A program made the translations under genes and the position numbers. A DNA stretch of 64,000 nt, taken from NCBI GenBank assembly GCA_010909165.1, contig MU008155.1, positions 1,054,001 through 1,118,000 of the forward strand. Direction: 5' to 3'. This document shows, piece by piece, positions 33,141 through 46,990 of this stretch; position 1 is the stretch's first letter, and the number at the start of each line of letters is the position of its first letter. The DNA comes from Anthoceros angustus (lineage: Eukaryota > Plantae > Anthocerotophyta). Under the pieces are notes generated by a model. That model ran no database searches and was not told where the DNA came from. It worked only from the letters and a program-made list of their open reading frames with translations.

Positions 33141-35800
33141 GTCAAGTAACGGTCGGAGTAACATTCCCGCTCACCTTCGAAGGCGTTAAAATTCTCACTT
33201 TCCCTACCTGTGTGTAAAGGTGGTCTATGGGGCAAGTTGACTAACCCAAAGCCCTGACGCCGCCTGCCGCCTAATCAAGCTCCCGCGTGCGCCCTCTCCT
33301 TAGCCCGCCGGTGTCCCATATGTGCCCTTGAGCCACGCCACACGGCGACTCCCGACGGATTACATGTGTAGCAGATGCGCCATGGCTCGAACCTCAACCT
33401 CCTCGCATGGGAGTAACTAAGTGAACCACTCCATCACCACGGTGATACAATTGTTTCGCTGAGCTGAAGTGTGCGAGTGAACGCATTACTGCTTTAAGAA
33501 ACAAATTATGCACTTTGGGCCAACACTGACCTCTCTATCCGTGACGCTGGGGTTTCACTTCGCCGCGCTCAGATCCCATTGACGGCTCCATGGCATACAA
33601 GACGGGCGTCTGAACGGGAGGGGCCACTGGTTTTCTTTTGTGTTTGCAGACTTTGTACTTTAGCTTGTCCTCAAGGTGACACTTAGTCATTTCGAGAATG
33701 AAGAGAAGGCACGCTGTTTGCAATTGGGGTTAGCCTCGCAGTCTCAAGCCATTGGGCCTTGGCCTCACAAGCCGTGAGTGCGATTTAGTTGTTCACCGTG
33801 GAAATGATTTCCGTTGTTTTACCATGCAACGAACATGCGCAAACGCATCGCTGGGACTTAATCGATAGAAGCAAATGAGAGAAGGCAAAGTCCGAATGAA
33901 AAGATTTTAATTCGCAATGGAAGCAAATGAGACAAGAGCAAAATCAATGAAAACACCAAGACAAGCATCTAGATGTTTATTTTATGCCGCCTAATCAAGC
34001 TCCCGCATGCAGCGCATGCAGCAGTTGTCCACATTTCCAAGCACGCCACAAGCCACTCCCGATCCACCAACGCCGAGTGCTCGGTGCAGTGTAAGCGCCA
34101 ACAAGGAACAGCGCCCCTCATAGCATTTCCATTTTGTCCACGAACCACAGGGTTCTCTTCTTGAAAGGCCAGTATTGAGCATGTGTATGATCTTGTCCAC
34201 ACGCGGTGAGCTCCTTCAGTCGGTCCACCTCAGCCTTCATGTCCATTTGGAATAGAGTCCTCGCCTTGAACCGCTCAAATAATTTCATGATGCGAATCAG
34301 AATTGAATTCCTTGATCATGTCCAGATATGATGCTCCGCCATATCTTGCGGGGCGATATTTTGCCTCTTGTACCAAGTTCTCTGAGTCGGCCTCGTTCTT
34401 CTCCGAGCAGTCTCTTTGCTCAGGCCTTGGGTGTCCTCCTTCTTCTCTGTTTCAAGGATGGGGCCCAACAGCATGTTGTGAAAGGGGTTTCGGAGTAATC
34501 GGATTTCCGTCCACTTCTCCCTCCAAGGGGATGCGAATGTGGTGGCCGTGCCGTCATAGCCGCCGAATCTGCTCCCGCTTGAAGATGGCTGCGATGCGTG
34601 GCGACAGATGAACACGAGGAGGGGGCAGAGGAGTGGAATGGGCTTCCGCCTCCTTCACTTTGGGGCGCTGGCTTTGGTGGGGACATGGTGCGGCAATCTC
34701 GTAGGGAAAAGCAAATCACGAAGATCTTCGTGTTGAACTTTCATTTGAGGCTTGTGAACAATCGCACCTTGCCTGATGTTCTTGCCACACATCGATGGAA
34801 ATTTTCCCACCGCCTCTAGTAAATCCCCCGTTGGCCTGTAGCGGCATCGCAGCATGCATTGCTGGCCAAAGGCGTGATATGTGCGGGAGGCATGACCGCC
34901 CTACAGTGATTACTGCATGTGTTTTGTGTATCGGTGATTGAGAGGATGACATACATCGCGACAATGAGGCGAATTTTTTCATCCGCCCCGATCGATGTTT
35001 CACAAGGTAGGGCTTTACTTTGCCGAACACCGCGAGCCGCTCGGGCAAAGGTGTTGAATGCTTCTCACGAACTTTACTGCCTATGCGGTGGTTGGAAGGG
35101 CCATTAAGGACATCCAGAGGCGTGCATCACAAACAATAGGAATGCACATAGAAAAAGGCGCAATGCCATTTCATCGTTGCCTCATGGCATCGGAATGAGC
35201 AATTTGTGACAACCGCGCCACACCCCTCGGGACCCCCCAATGACCTACAATTTCAGCATAGGTGCTAGCCTACATAAATGTCGCCAGCGCGCCGCACTTC
35301 CGCCCACTTCCTCCATCAACAATCACGGAAGGTCCCGGATGATTGCCATGAGCCGCAATCGCTTGGCCTCTTCTTCATGCGGATCGGTGCCTCCCTAGCG
35401 AGAATGGCTGAATCAAATCGTGAAGGCCTCACGGCGACCAGGTTGCTCTTAACGTTCAAACGCATCAAGGACCACTGCTGGGACAAACAATTAGCTTAGA
35501 CCATCTTCCCGGTAGCTGGGGATCGTGGGGCAGCCATCTTTGGTGGAAGAGGAGGAGGAGGCAAGTGGCTCTCTCACATTGAGATGAGGCTTGGAGGTAT
35601 TTATACCTCCACTCCTAGGAAGCTCCACAAGAAGCTCCTAGGAAGGAGCACAAGAAGCTTCCTAGTGATTAGCTTAAGCTAAGCTAATGATACTTAATCG
35701 ACACCTAACTTAGACTAAGTGTATTAGTCTAAGTATATTGAGCTTTAATACCCTTACAACCTCCCACTTAAAGGCCAATTTACCTTCGTAGGAGAATGGA

Positions 35801-38800
35801 CTATCTCATGCCCATCAGTGTCCGAGCTTGTGCAAATTGCTCCGTAGAGAGTCCCTTGGTAAGAATATCTGCAGGGTTCTGGCTGGTGTGAACCTTGACA
35901 AGTTGTACCCTCTTGTCGTCCAACACCTCTCGAATGAAGTGATACTTCACATCCACATGTTTAGTCTTCGCATGAAACATCGGATTCTTTGCCAATTGGA
36001 TAGCACTGCTATCACAATGCAACACCGACTCAACCTTGATCCCCAAGTCTCCCACTAAGCAGGCAAGCCATATGGCTTCCTTGCAAGCCTCGATTCTTTT
36101 GCAACATACTCGGCCTCTGTGGTAGATAGCGTAATGCACGACGCAAGCGAGATGACGCCCCTCCGGTGCGTGAAGACATAACGATGTGGACCTCCTTTTG
36201 TCCATATCCCGCATAATCGATCATGTACCCAACCACATGCATCTTCACTACCAAAACATATGCACAAAGCTTTTGTACCATTCGGATACCTCATAACTCC
36301 TTTTATCGCCTCCCAATGCTTCTTGCGTGGTTTGACATAAACACCTAACCACTCCCACCGCAAAGGCAATGTCGGGACGTGTAGCAATCATTGCATACAT
36401 CAAACTCCCTACTGATGAGTATGGGACCTTCTCCATTTCACTTTGTCCTCCTCGAGCTTGGGCAATCCGCGCTTGAAAGTTTCACATATGGAGGCAATGG
36501 AGTACCCAATGGCTTCCCTTCTCCATGTTGAAACGTTGAAGCACCACATTAATGTATTCCGTCGAGACAAATAAAGCGGCTATATGTCATTCCGGCGAAT
36601 CGCATGCCAAGTATATGGCTCGCCTCCCAAGTCTCATTTCAAAGTGAGCATTCAACTTTGACTTCAACGAAATCTCATCGATCTTGTTCGACAATTAGCA
36701 TATCATCCACATAGAGGATCAAAATGAGCAAGCTTTGATCCTTAGCTTGCTTCGTATAGAGGCAATGATCCTCATCGCTACGTTTGTAGCCTTGAGAAAG
36801 CATAAATGAGTGGAACTTGTGATACCACTCTGGGTGCTGTTTCAAACCATAAAGGCTCTTCCTCAACCTCGCACACCGATGCTCTTTGCCCTTCTCAACA
36901 AAACCTTGTTCTTTGCATGTAGACGTCCTCTTGAAGGTCACCATGCAAGAATGCCGTCTTGACATCCATCTGCAAGTTCCATATCATCCAGCAGCCAAAG
37001 CAAGAACACATCGCAAAGTTGTCATTTTGACTCGGTGAGAAAATCTCATCAAAGTCAATGCACGGTTGTTGCTTGAAACCCTTAGCAACCAATCGTGCCT
37101 TGTACTTTGGTTTGCCATCAAGCGGTATGACCTTCATCTTGTACACCCATTTGCAGTGGTGCCTTCTTATCCTTAGGCAACGGAACCAACTCCCAAGTTT
37201 GGTTCTTATGCGGTAATTCATTTCGATCGCATGGCCTTCTCCCACTTGTCTTTGTTACTCTGTGAGCCTCTTTGTAAGAAGAGGGTTCCCCACAACTGTC
37301 GATAACATAATCCGAGATGGATCATACCGAGGTCGTGTAATCCACGACCTCGACCACAGGCACCTCTATAGGAGCTTGTTCGACTCTTGGTTCATCTCGG
37401 TGGAGGAATGTGCTCGCACATTACCACGTATCAACCCGCCCATGATGATCATGTCCATCTTCTTGGAAGATCACCCTTCGCACCTCCACGGTTGGAGTAG
37501 GCTTCTGTGCATCTTGTTCTCATTGAAGAACACGTCGTTAGTACGAACAACCTTTCTAGCCTCTGGATCCCACAAAGCGGTATCCCATCTCACCAGAATC
37601 ACCATAGCCAAGAAAAATACATTTCTTGGACTTAGGTGCCAACTTGTCCCGAAATCCTTTTGGAACATGGCAGTATGCCTCACAGCCAAACACTCGCAGA
37701 TGCTTGTAGGATGGTTTCTTTCCAGACCATAGCTCCTCTAGAACTTGCTCATCAACAGCCTTATTAGGAGATCTGTTAATAAGATGAACTGCAGTAGACA
37801 CTGCTTCTGCCCAAAACCCATTAGGCAATCCAGAGTTTGACAACAAACTCGCATCCTCTCCGAATGGTTCTGCTCATCCGCTCGTACACCATTTTGTGGA
37901 GGAGTATACGCAAATTCTCTTTTGATTCCCTTGGAATCACGGAATGGCTGAAAGCTTTGAAACATACTCCACCATTATCTCCTTAGACACTTCAATCGGT
38001 GGCGATCGATTCTCTACAAGGGTGACAAATTTCTGAAACACCGTCAGAACTTCATCCTTTTTCCTCAAAGGATAAACCCACACCTTGCGTGAGAAATCAT
38101 CTATGAAAGTGACAAAATAGGAGGCACCGCCTAATGATGCAGTAGGCATAGGTCCACATACATCACTGTGAACCAACTCAAGAGGTTTACTTCTACCTTT
38201 ACCTCTTGTTCGATGTGATGATTTTGTCTGTTTCCCATATAAACAGTGCTCACACATCGAGAGATCGAGAAGTTAAGAACAGGGATATAACCAGAACGAG
38301 ATAAAACCTTCATTCCCTTAGACACTTCAATCGGTGGCGATCGATTCTCTACAAGGGTGACAAATTTAAAACACCGCCGAACTTCATCCTTTTTCCTCAA
38401 AGGATAAACCCACACCTTGCGTGAGAAATCATCTATGAAAGTGACAAAATAAGAGGCACCGCCTAATGATGCAGAGGCATAGGTCCACATACATCGTGAA
38501 CCAACTCAAGAGGTTTACTTCTACTTTACCTCGTGTTCGATGTGATGATTTTGTCTGCTTCCCATATAAACAAAGTGCTCACATCGAGAGATCGAGAAGT
38601 TAAGAACAGGATATAACCGTAACGAGATAAAACCTTCATTCCCTTCTCGAGACATATGTCCTAACCGCAATGCCACAAGGAAACATTTGGCTGCTCTGTC
38701 AGATCACATGATCTTTGGCGATGTTTACAAGTGAGTACAAAGTGCCACACTTGATCCACGAGCTAACACAAGAGAACCTTTGGAGATCTTCCAAGAGTGA

Positions 38801-39928
38801 TCCCCAAAACCAGAGTGGTAACCAAAGATCATCCAACCGCCTGCGCTAATCATGCTCTTTGTCAACTTGAACATGCCTAACGCCCTTCAAAGATGAATGA
38901 AGATCCGTTGTCAAACTTGAGTTGCACATCACCTCGCTGCGATCATGCATAGTTATTTCCAAGCCTAACGCATCCTTTCCTTGTAGCATCATACGTGCTA
39001 AACCACTCTATGCGGAGTAACATGGAAAGATGCACCAGAGTCAATTATCCAATTGCAGAATAAATGACTATCCACGGCTGTTAATTGTGCAGCATTCAAG
39101 TAAGAAGAGATAAGGACATCTCCGTCCTCAACAGAGTTTAACTCTTCCAACCTGACAGACGAAGTCGCCTTCTTGTCGTCCGCTTCTTCTCTTTCCTTGG
39201 TCCTTTTGAACTTCTCGCACTCTCTTTGAAGTGACCCTTTGTGACAATAGTGACACTCCACATTCTTATTACGACTACGAGATTTGCTACGAGAAGCTTC
39301 CGTGCTTCCCTTCGCAGTGGACCTCCCTCTCACTATGAGGGCACCGGAACCTTTGGAAGGTTCCATGTTTTTCCTGCTCACCTCCTCGTTAACAGCTACC
39401 TTCTACATTTACAATGGTAAGACCACTAGCGTGTAATTACTCGAGTGCATTTAAAGGTGTCCCAACTCTCTGGTAATGTGACCAACTGAAACATAGCTCT
39501 CACGGAATCTGGGAATGTGATACCTTGAGATGAGAGCTGGCTGAAAATGGTATTGAAATCATTCAGATGATCGGACATCCTCGTTCCTTCCTTCATCTTC
39601 AAGTCCACCAGTTGTTTCAACCAATAAACCTGAGAAGCCGCACTTTGCTTCTCATACAGGTCACACAGCTTCTGCCACAGTCCGTAACTCGTGGTCTTAT
39701 CTTTCACATTGAAGTACACTGTTTTTGACAATGTTAGCATGATAGTAGATCTAGCAAGCTCATCCAGTCCCGCCACTCATCCCGAGTCATACTATCGGTT
39801 TGGCCTAACAACTTTATGGGCTTGATCGCTTTTTACGCACTAGAACATTATACACTTGTTCTTTCCGAGCGGAAGTTAGTACCATCTAACTTCTCGATAT
39901 TGAACATCGCGTTTTCGGATGAAGACAT
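35801..39928 (-). pseudogene. Copia gag-pol, many frameshifts; ~340-bp internal duplication at 37975-38645
   Basis: MSSSENAMFNIEKLDGTNF, WIIDSGASFHVT, HSDVCGPM, KARLVAKGF, LYVDDMLI, KTKHVDVKYHFIRE, NPADILTK. Confidence 0.92.
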
Positions 39929-40069
39929 CATGACTCAAAAATCGATCTGATTAAACACTCAACTCGCCTTGTTAGAAAAGTCAAAGAAGAAACACCACCG
40001 TGCGGTCCGTGTATTTTGCCGCTGATCGCTCCACGAGTAATCCGCCGAATCGCTCGACGAATTTTCGCC

Positions 40070-41030
40070 ACCGCCGCGCGCTCGCGGCGCGCCCCGCCGC
40101 GCCACGCGCCGCGCGCCACCGCGCCGACGGCCACCGCCGCGCCACGCTACCACGCCAAGACGGCCACCGCCGCGCCGCGGCCGCTGGCGCCAAGCGCCGC
40201 GCGCCTGCGCGCCGCTGCGCGCGCCAAGGCCGCGGCGCCAGCGCTGCGCGCTACCGCGCGCGGCGCCAAGGCGCTGCGGGCCTCACGCGCCGCGGGCGCT
40301 GGCTCGCGCCAAGGCCGCTGCGCTGGCCGGGCGCCGCGCTGCTGGCGCACCGCGCGCCGCGGCTTGCGGGCTGCGCCGGGCGCCACGCTGCGCCGGCCGC
40401 GGGCGCTCAAGGCCTGGGCGCGGCGCGGCTCAAGGCCGGGCGCCAAGGCCGGCCGGCGCTGGCGCCTGGCGCCACGGCTGCGGGGCCGCGCTGGGCTCAA
40501 GGCCGCTGCGGCGCGCCGCTGCCGCGCGCGGCGCCAAGCGCTGCGCGGCCGCGCTCGCTGGGCTCGGGGCGCCAAGCGCCGCGCGCTTCGCGGCGGCGCC
40601 AGCGCCAGCGGCCGCGGCCGGGCGCGCGCCAAGGCTCGCGGCTGGCGCGCGGCTGGCCTGCTGGCCGGGCGCCGCGCGCTCGCGGCGCCGCGCCAAGGCC
40701 GCGGCCGGGCGCCCGGCGCCGCGCCGCGGCCGCGCCGGCGCTCGGCGGCCCGCGGCCGCGCCCGCGCGCGCGCCGGGCGCCGCTGCGGCCGCGCCGCTCG
40801 CGGCGCCAAGGCGCGCGCGGCCGCGCCTGCGGCGGCCGCCGCTGCGCGGCGCCGCGGCTCGCGGCCGCGGCTGGGCCGCGCTGCCGCTGGCCGGGCGGCT
40901 CGCGCGGCCCGCGGCTCGCGCCGCGCCCGGCCGCGCGGCCTCCGGGCTGCAGCCCGCCGCGCGCCAAGGTCGCGGTCTTGCCTCGCCACGCCTCATCCCG
41001 CCGCTCATGCGCGGCGCCCGCAGCCCGCCG
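40070..41030. repeat. Extremely GC-rich low-complexity tract in the Copia 5' leader
   Basis: Almost only G/C, with recurring GCGCCAAGG / GGCTCAAGG / CGCTGCG words. Confidence 0.85.
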
Positions 41031-41686
41031 CGATCCGGATCACATGCAACTCCACGAGCTGCGCGCCTGCGGCTAGAAAATTCTAGCATCACAACACAAC
41101 CAAACCAAGGCTCGATGCGGTTGAAGGATCGTGGCGGCAGATGGTGGAAAGAGGAGAGGAGAGGAGGAGGCAATGGATCTCTCTTGAGATGAGGCTTGGA
41201 GGTATTTATACCTCCAAGAAACTCCCTAGGAAGCTCCACAAGAAGCTCCTAGGAAGGAGCACAAGAAGCTTCCTAGTGATTAGCTTAAGCTAAGCTAATG
41301 ATACTTAACTGACACCTAACTTAGACTAAGTGTATTAGTCTAAGTATATTGGGCTTTAATACCCTTACACTAGCTACATCGAACCTGACCGCGGGAAGGA
41401 GGTCTACCAGCGAGTGCTTACCACCGTGGGTTCCGGTGCCAGAATGCGGGCGGCCCAGCCTTCGAACTCGCCAGGCAGCCAGATTGGATCGGAGTGCTCT
41501 GGATCGTCGCGTCTCCGGCGGCGCGGAAGGTGACCATGCCCGTGGGGAGGACTGTCGGTTGTCCCTCCCGTGTGCTCCTCTTCGGGTTGCGCCCGGTGTC
41601 CCCATCCCCCTCCCACTGTGCCTGCGCCGCTCCCTTGTGTTGCATGCCGGAGCTCTCGGCGCGCTGCGCCCGCGCCCCGCCACCGT

Positions 41687-42470
41687 GAATGCCGCTCCAT
41701 CGTTCAAGATTCCTGCATCCATTGCAATGCATGTCATCACCGGGAAATGAGAGATGGTTCACAGGAATTTTGCACGATTTGATACGCCGAACAGCGCGCT
41801 CAACAACGAAGGCTAGCGTTGGAACCAAAGTTTCATCGTTGAGAGGTGTAGGTGGCGGTGGGGTGGCCATGTCGGCGTGAAGAGCTCGTCGTGAGGAACT
41901 CGTCGTCGCGATGGTTGGCGGTGGAGAACACCATCACACCAGCCCTCGTTGTTGGTGTAAGTGGTTTTGTAGGCGGCTGGCGTGTCGAGTTTGAAGGAGC
42001 GCCTCCCGGACCGGACGAGCGGGATCCTTACCGGCCCCGCCATGTAACCCTGTGCTTCCACGACTCCAGCCCACCGGCCGCGGCCGAATCCCTACGCTGG
42101 AACTCTCCTCCCGCCACCGTGAATGCCGCCCATCGCTCAAGATTCCTCGAAATGCATGTCATCACCGGAAATGAGAGATGGTTCATGTGAATTTTGCACG
42201 ATTTGATACGCGAATAGCGCTACCAACAACGAAGGCTAGCGTTGGAACCAAAGTTTCATCGCTGAGAGGTGTAGGTGGCGGGTGGCCATGTCGGCGGAAG
42301 AGCTCGCCGTGAGGAACTCGCCGTCGCGATGGTTGGCGGTGGAGAACACCATCACACCACCGTTGTTGGCGGTTTTGTAGGCGAGCCGAGCGGTGCGGGT
42401 TTGAAGGAGCGCCGCAGCCGGACCGACGAGGATCCTGCACCGCCCCCTGTAACCCTGTGCTTCCACGACT
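41687..42470 (+). repeat. ~430-bp tandem duplication
   Basis: CACCGTGAATGCCGC... at ~41681 and ~42115, each followed by matching sequence. Confidence 0.85.
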
Positions 42471-42606
42471 CCAAACCACCGCCGCGACCCAATCCCTCGA
42501 GTACCGGAACTCGCCCTCCGCCTTCCAATACCGACACGGGCGCGGCCCCGCGCCTCGTTATTTGTGTGGGTTCTATCACGCTCTCTTTGGGCGTGTGTCT
42601 GCGGGC

Positions 42607-45600
42607 ATGGAGGAATGCATACCGGCATGTCATATGGTGCCCTTGCCGATTTTGTAAGAAACGGAAACGTGTTCCCGCGGATGTTGAATAGACCATCGCC
42701 CGCGACTACGGTGTACGCGGTTGGCGGGTGAGGGTGTCGATGCTAGTCGGGAGGGCACCCCATCCCCTTTTCATATCCCTGCGGTCCATGACGGCATCGA
42801 CCTTGGTGTGGATGTCCATGTCGATGCCAATGTGCATGACGAGGTTGATGCCGATGACCTGGAACATGAACATGCGGAGGCATCCGAGACTGCCACAGAC
42901 GATGACAGGGATTTCTCCGATGACCCTGGCTGTGACAATGATGACGGCTCTCCGGCTGTTGAGGGTGAAGATTCCTTTTTTGCTTGCGTGGAAGGTGATA
43001 AGCCCGGGTCCATGGAGAGGATTGTTCAAGCAGCTAAAACGCCATTGTTTCCGGGGGCAAAACTCAGTATCTTGTCCGCCACCATGCTACTGTTTGACAT
43101 CCAGGCACAGTTCGGCATCAGCCACGCGGGCATGAACGCTATCCTACAAGCACTGCATCAATCTATATTGCCGGAAGGAAATACCATGCCTGCCGGGAAG
43201 GATCAAGCTTCGCGAATCATGGCTTCTCTAAGCCTAGGTTCACAGCGCATCGACGTGTGCCCCAAGGGCTGCATGCTGTATAGGGGCCAGCATGAAACTG
43301 ACAAGAAGTGTTGGAAATGTGGGTTGAAAAGATTCAAGAAGGGCACCTTGAAGAAAAATTCAGTGGCGGAAAAAGTGATGTGGTATTTGGTTGGTGCGTT
43401 GCCGGATGTATATGGTGCCTTCGCCTCCCGTGATGTGTGGCTCACCGCCTCGTGAGCAACGAAGGCAAAATGAGCATAATGGCAGACACGCCCGCTTGGG
43501 CCGCTCTCGATGCCATTGACGGCTTTGGGGTTGAAGACCGGAACCTTCGATTTGGGCTCTCCACTGATGGTGTCAACCCATTTGGGCAGAAACATTCCAC
43601 TTACAGCGTATGGCCGGTGCTGCTCGTGAACTATAATGTTCCGCCGTGGAAGACCATCCGCAAGGATTACATTATCACATGCGTTATCATACCCGGCCCG
43701 CATAAGGCTGAAAACCTTGATGTCTTTTTACAGCCATTGTACGAAGACCTTCAGCGGCTTTGGATCGGAGTGGATGCCATCGACGCATCATACCCAATTG
43801 GGCATCCAATGAGAGCATTTAAGCTCAGAGCCGGCGTACTTAACACCATCACCGATTACCCGGCATGGGGTGCTTGTGGGCTTCAAACATCGTGGTACAT
43901 GGCATGCCATATGTGTTGAAGCACTTGGATGCAAGGTACTCCCACATCTGAACAAGGTGGTGTACGAAGGAGCGCGGAAGTTCCTACCGGAGGGCCATCC
44001 ATTGAGAAGCGCTGACGTACATCTTTTCAATGGTGCCATTGAAACACGGCCGCCACCTCCGCCCGTTCCGCTGGTTCAGGTCGTCGCTGAGATGGAGAGG
44101 TGCGCCACTGCGGGTGAACGAGAGCGTAGACAGCAACGCCGGTGGAACGTGACAAAGAGGTGGATGGCGTACGATTTTTTGCCGTATAAACAGGTCTGTT
44201 GAAATGCTCTGCTCTTTGCTTCTTTTTGTATTCCACCGTTTACAATGATGACATTTACTTCCGCTTATGGAGATGCGTTCCACAGAGTTTGCTCCCCGGT
44301 GACCTGAAGGATGGTATGCACACCCTCAAAAACGTGGTTGTCTCATTATATGGCTTCTTGACGGGCTCAAAGGATGACTTGGCATGTAGGAGGGACATGG
44401 CGGATCCAGGGGTGTGCACCAAAGCCCATTTATGGCCGTCAGATGAAACGGTGGATGCCACATTTGAAAGTGCTGAATATGTCATCCCGGCTTTGGCCAT
44501 GCCAATAGTCCATGACCAGTTGCGGAAGATCCGGCCGCCTACAGGGTTCTCAACTCACATAGGGCGGAAGTTAACACAGGGTAAATTATGTGGCTTGAAA
44601 ACACATGACTGGAAGAAGGTGTTAGAATACTACCTGCCAATAGTGTTGCGCGGTGCATTGCCAAGGGAAGTATATGACCCCATCGCAGGCTTGCTCGGTT
44701 GTTCCGGTGGTCGGGAGGCGGAGATTGACAAAGGGAAATCGAGGCAATGCATTTCTTTGGCTCATGAAACGATGGCACAATTAGAAAGAGTTATGCCTCC
44801 CAAGTTCTTTGACATCCAAGTACACATGGTGGTGCACCTGGTGGATGAAGTGGCGACGCATGGGGCATCCCCTGTCCGTTGGATGTATTTCATAGAACGG
44901 TATATGAAAGTTTTAAAAGATATGGTGCGAAACATGGCTCATCCAGAAGCATGCATGGTCGAGGGTTACTGCATGGGGGAGGCCATGTTTTATTGCAGAC
45001 AATATTTGGCGGAGAAACACGATGGCGGGACATACTGGCGGCGAACGACAGAGCCTGATTTGCTGGAGGAGGATATCCTAGGAATCGGGAAACCGGAGGA
45101 TAAGGAGATGACCGCAGAGGCCCACTTCGAGGTGCACTCGTATATTTTAAGGCACAGCCAGCCCCTCCGCCTATTCCTTGAGGAGTACCAGGACGTATGG
45201 GGGGTCCGGGAAGCCCGGCCATCGTTTCGCGATTGGCTAGAAGCAGGAGTCGGCGAGGCACGGTGGGCCCGGGGCGGAGATGAACAAAACGCGTCTGTCG
45301 ACGGTGGGCTTGTCCTCACACCAGAAATTGAGGACCTCATTCGGGGCCCGAGCATGACGGTCAAGAGCTATCGTGCACTGCGTGCCTATGGATACCATTA
45401 CCGTACTGAAAAAGGAGATAAACACATGAAGGCAACCCAGGACAGTGGGGTCATTCAGCGGTGGAAGGTTGGAACAGGCGAAGTAGAGCATACATTCTGT
45501 GGGAGAATTCAACAAATACTGCAACTCCAGTGCGGGCAGTTACAGCCATTTGTGTTGAAGGTGAAGTGGTACCAATGCGAGAAGAATGTGTCCATGCGAG

Positions 45601-45803
45601 ATGATGTTTCCCGGTTCCTTTTGGTGGACACTAGAAAGGAATATGAGTACACGGATGGAGACGAGGAAGCGGGTCCGTACACATTCCCAGGTCAAGTCAC
45701 ACAAGCATTATTTCATCCCTCGCACCTCCCTTCACAGCGTGGGTGGGAGGTCTGCGCGGAGTGCCCTACCAGGTCCAAACATTATCCAGATTCCTCTACA
45801 TAG
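42607..45803 (+). pseudogene. CACTA/En-Spm transposase (transposase-associated domain, Transposase_21, DUF4218/DUF4216-type regions), frameshifted; intron 44194-44285
   Basis: IWCPCRFC, RIDVCPKGCMLY, RNLRFGLSTDGVNPF, SVWPVLLVNYNVPPW, LDVFLQPL, TITDYPA, DGMHTLKNV, GLKTHDW, PPKFFDIQVH, RWMYFIERY, HPEACMVEGY. A phase-0 GT-AG intron joins LPYKQ to SLLPG. Confidence 0.92.
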
Positions 45804-46058
45804 GAACATGACGGGTTTTTGACACCAAGTCCCTGCCACGCGTGCATACGGACATCACATCATCCCACGCATGCACCTGCCAAGGACAGACGGCATGCCG
45901 CGGAGTGCATGCCGTCCGTGCGCCTGCCTCGGGCGCAACTCCTCACGCCTCCCGGGTGGTCACGGGAAGGATTTTTGACTGGAGGCAGGGGCGGGTTGAC
46001 CCCAAGGCAATGCAGTTGCACGCCGGCTATCCCCGAGAGTAGGCACTGGATTAGGCGG

Positions 46059-46990
46059 AGGAGGATATGGTAGGAATCGGAAACCGGAGGATAAGGAGAT
46101 GACCGCAGAGGCCCACTTCGAGGTGCACTCGTATATTTTAAGGCCACAGCCCTCCGCCTATTCCTTGAGGAGTACCAGACGTATGGGGGTCCGGCCGCCA
46201 TCGCTTCGCGATTGGCTAGAAGCGGTGTCGGCGAGGCAGGGCCCGGCGGAGATGAACAAAACGCGTCTTTGGACGGTGGGCTTGTCCTCACACCAGAAAG
46301 TGAAGACCTCATTCGGGGCCCGAGCATGACGGTCAAGAGCTATCGTGCACTACGTGCCTATGGATACCATTACCGTACTGAAAAAGGAGATAAACACATG
46401 AAGGCAACCCAGGACAGTGGGGTCATTCAGCGGTGGAAGGTTGGAACAGGCGAAGTAGAGCAACCATTCTGTGGGAGAATTCAACAAATACTGCAACTCC
46501 AGTGCGGGCAGTTACAGCCATTTGTGTTGAAGGTGAAGTGGTACCAATGCGAGAAGAATGTCTCCATGCGAGATGATGTTTCCGTTCCTTTGGTGGACAC
46601 GAGAAAGGAATATGAGTACACGGATGGAGACGATGAAGCGGGTCCGTACACATTCCGGTCAAGTCACACAAGCATTGTTTCATCCTCGCACCTCCCTTCA
46701 CAACAGCGTGGGTGGGAATGAGTGCCCTACCAGTCCAAACATTATCCATTCTCTACATAGGAACATGACGGGTTTTTGACACCAAGTACCGCCACGCGTG
46801 CATACGGACATCACATCATCCCACGCATGCACAGAGACGGCATCTTGCTGATGCGTCCGTCGCCTCGGGCGCAACTCCTCACGCCTCCCGGTGGTCACGG
46901 GAGGATTTTTGATCGAGGCGGGCGGGTTGACCCCAAGGCAGTGCAGGCCAACGCCGGCTATCCCCGAGAGTAGGCACTGGATTAGACGGG
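46059..46990 (+). repeat. Tandem copy of the transposase 3' end (~45066-46058)
   Basis: ORF 46212-46721 repeats the C-terminus of ORF 44199-45803. Confidence 0.9.

Larger units (their letters stand above)
35517..41369 (-). mobile_element. Full-length Tnt1-like Ty1/Copia retrotransposon nested in the CACTA region
   Basis: LTRs at ~35517-35758 and 41122-41369 (both end CCCTTACA on +); PPT AAGTGGGAGGT (minus, 35759-35769); garbled PBS ~41110-41121; flanks GTAGC/CTAGC (4/5 TSD match). Confidence 0.9.

Noticed and set aside
33135-33146. TAGGGGTGTCAA as an hAT TIR
   Set aside because: No partner TIR or 8-bp TSD was found, and it abuts the CACTA-like end.
40000-41239. Long overlapping Arg/Ala/Gly/Pro-rich ORFs (358, 356, 280 and 269 aa)
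   Set aside because: They result from the lack of stop codons in a GC-only tract, are open in most frames, and show no domain signal.
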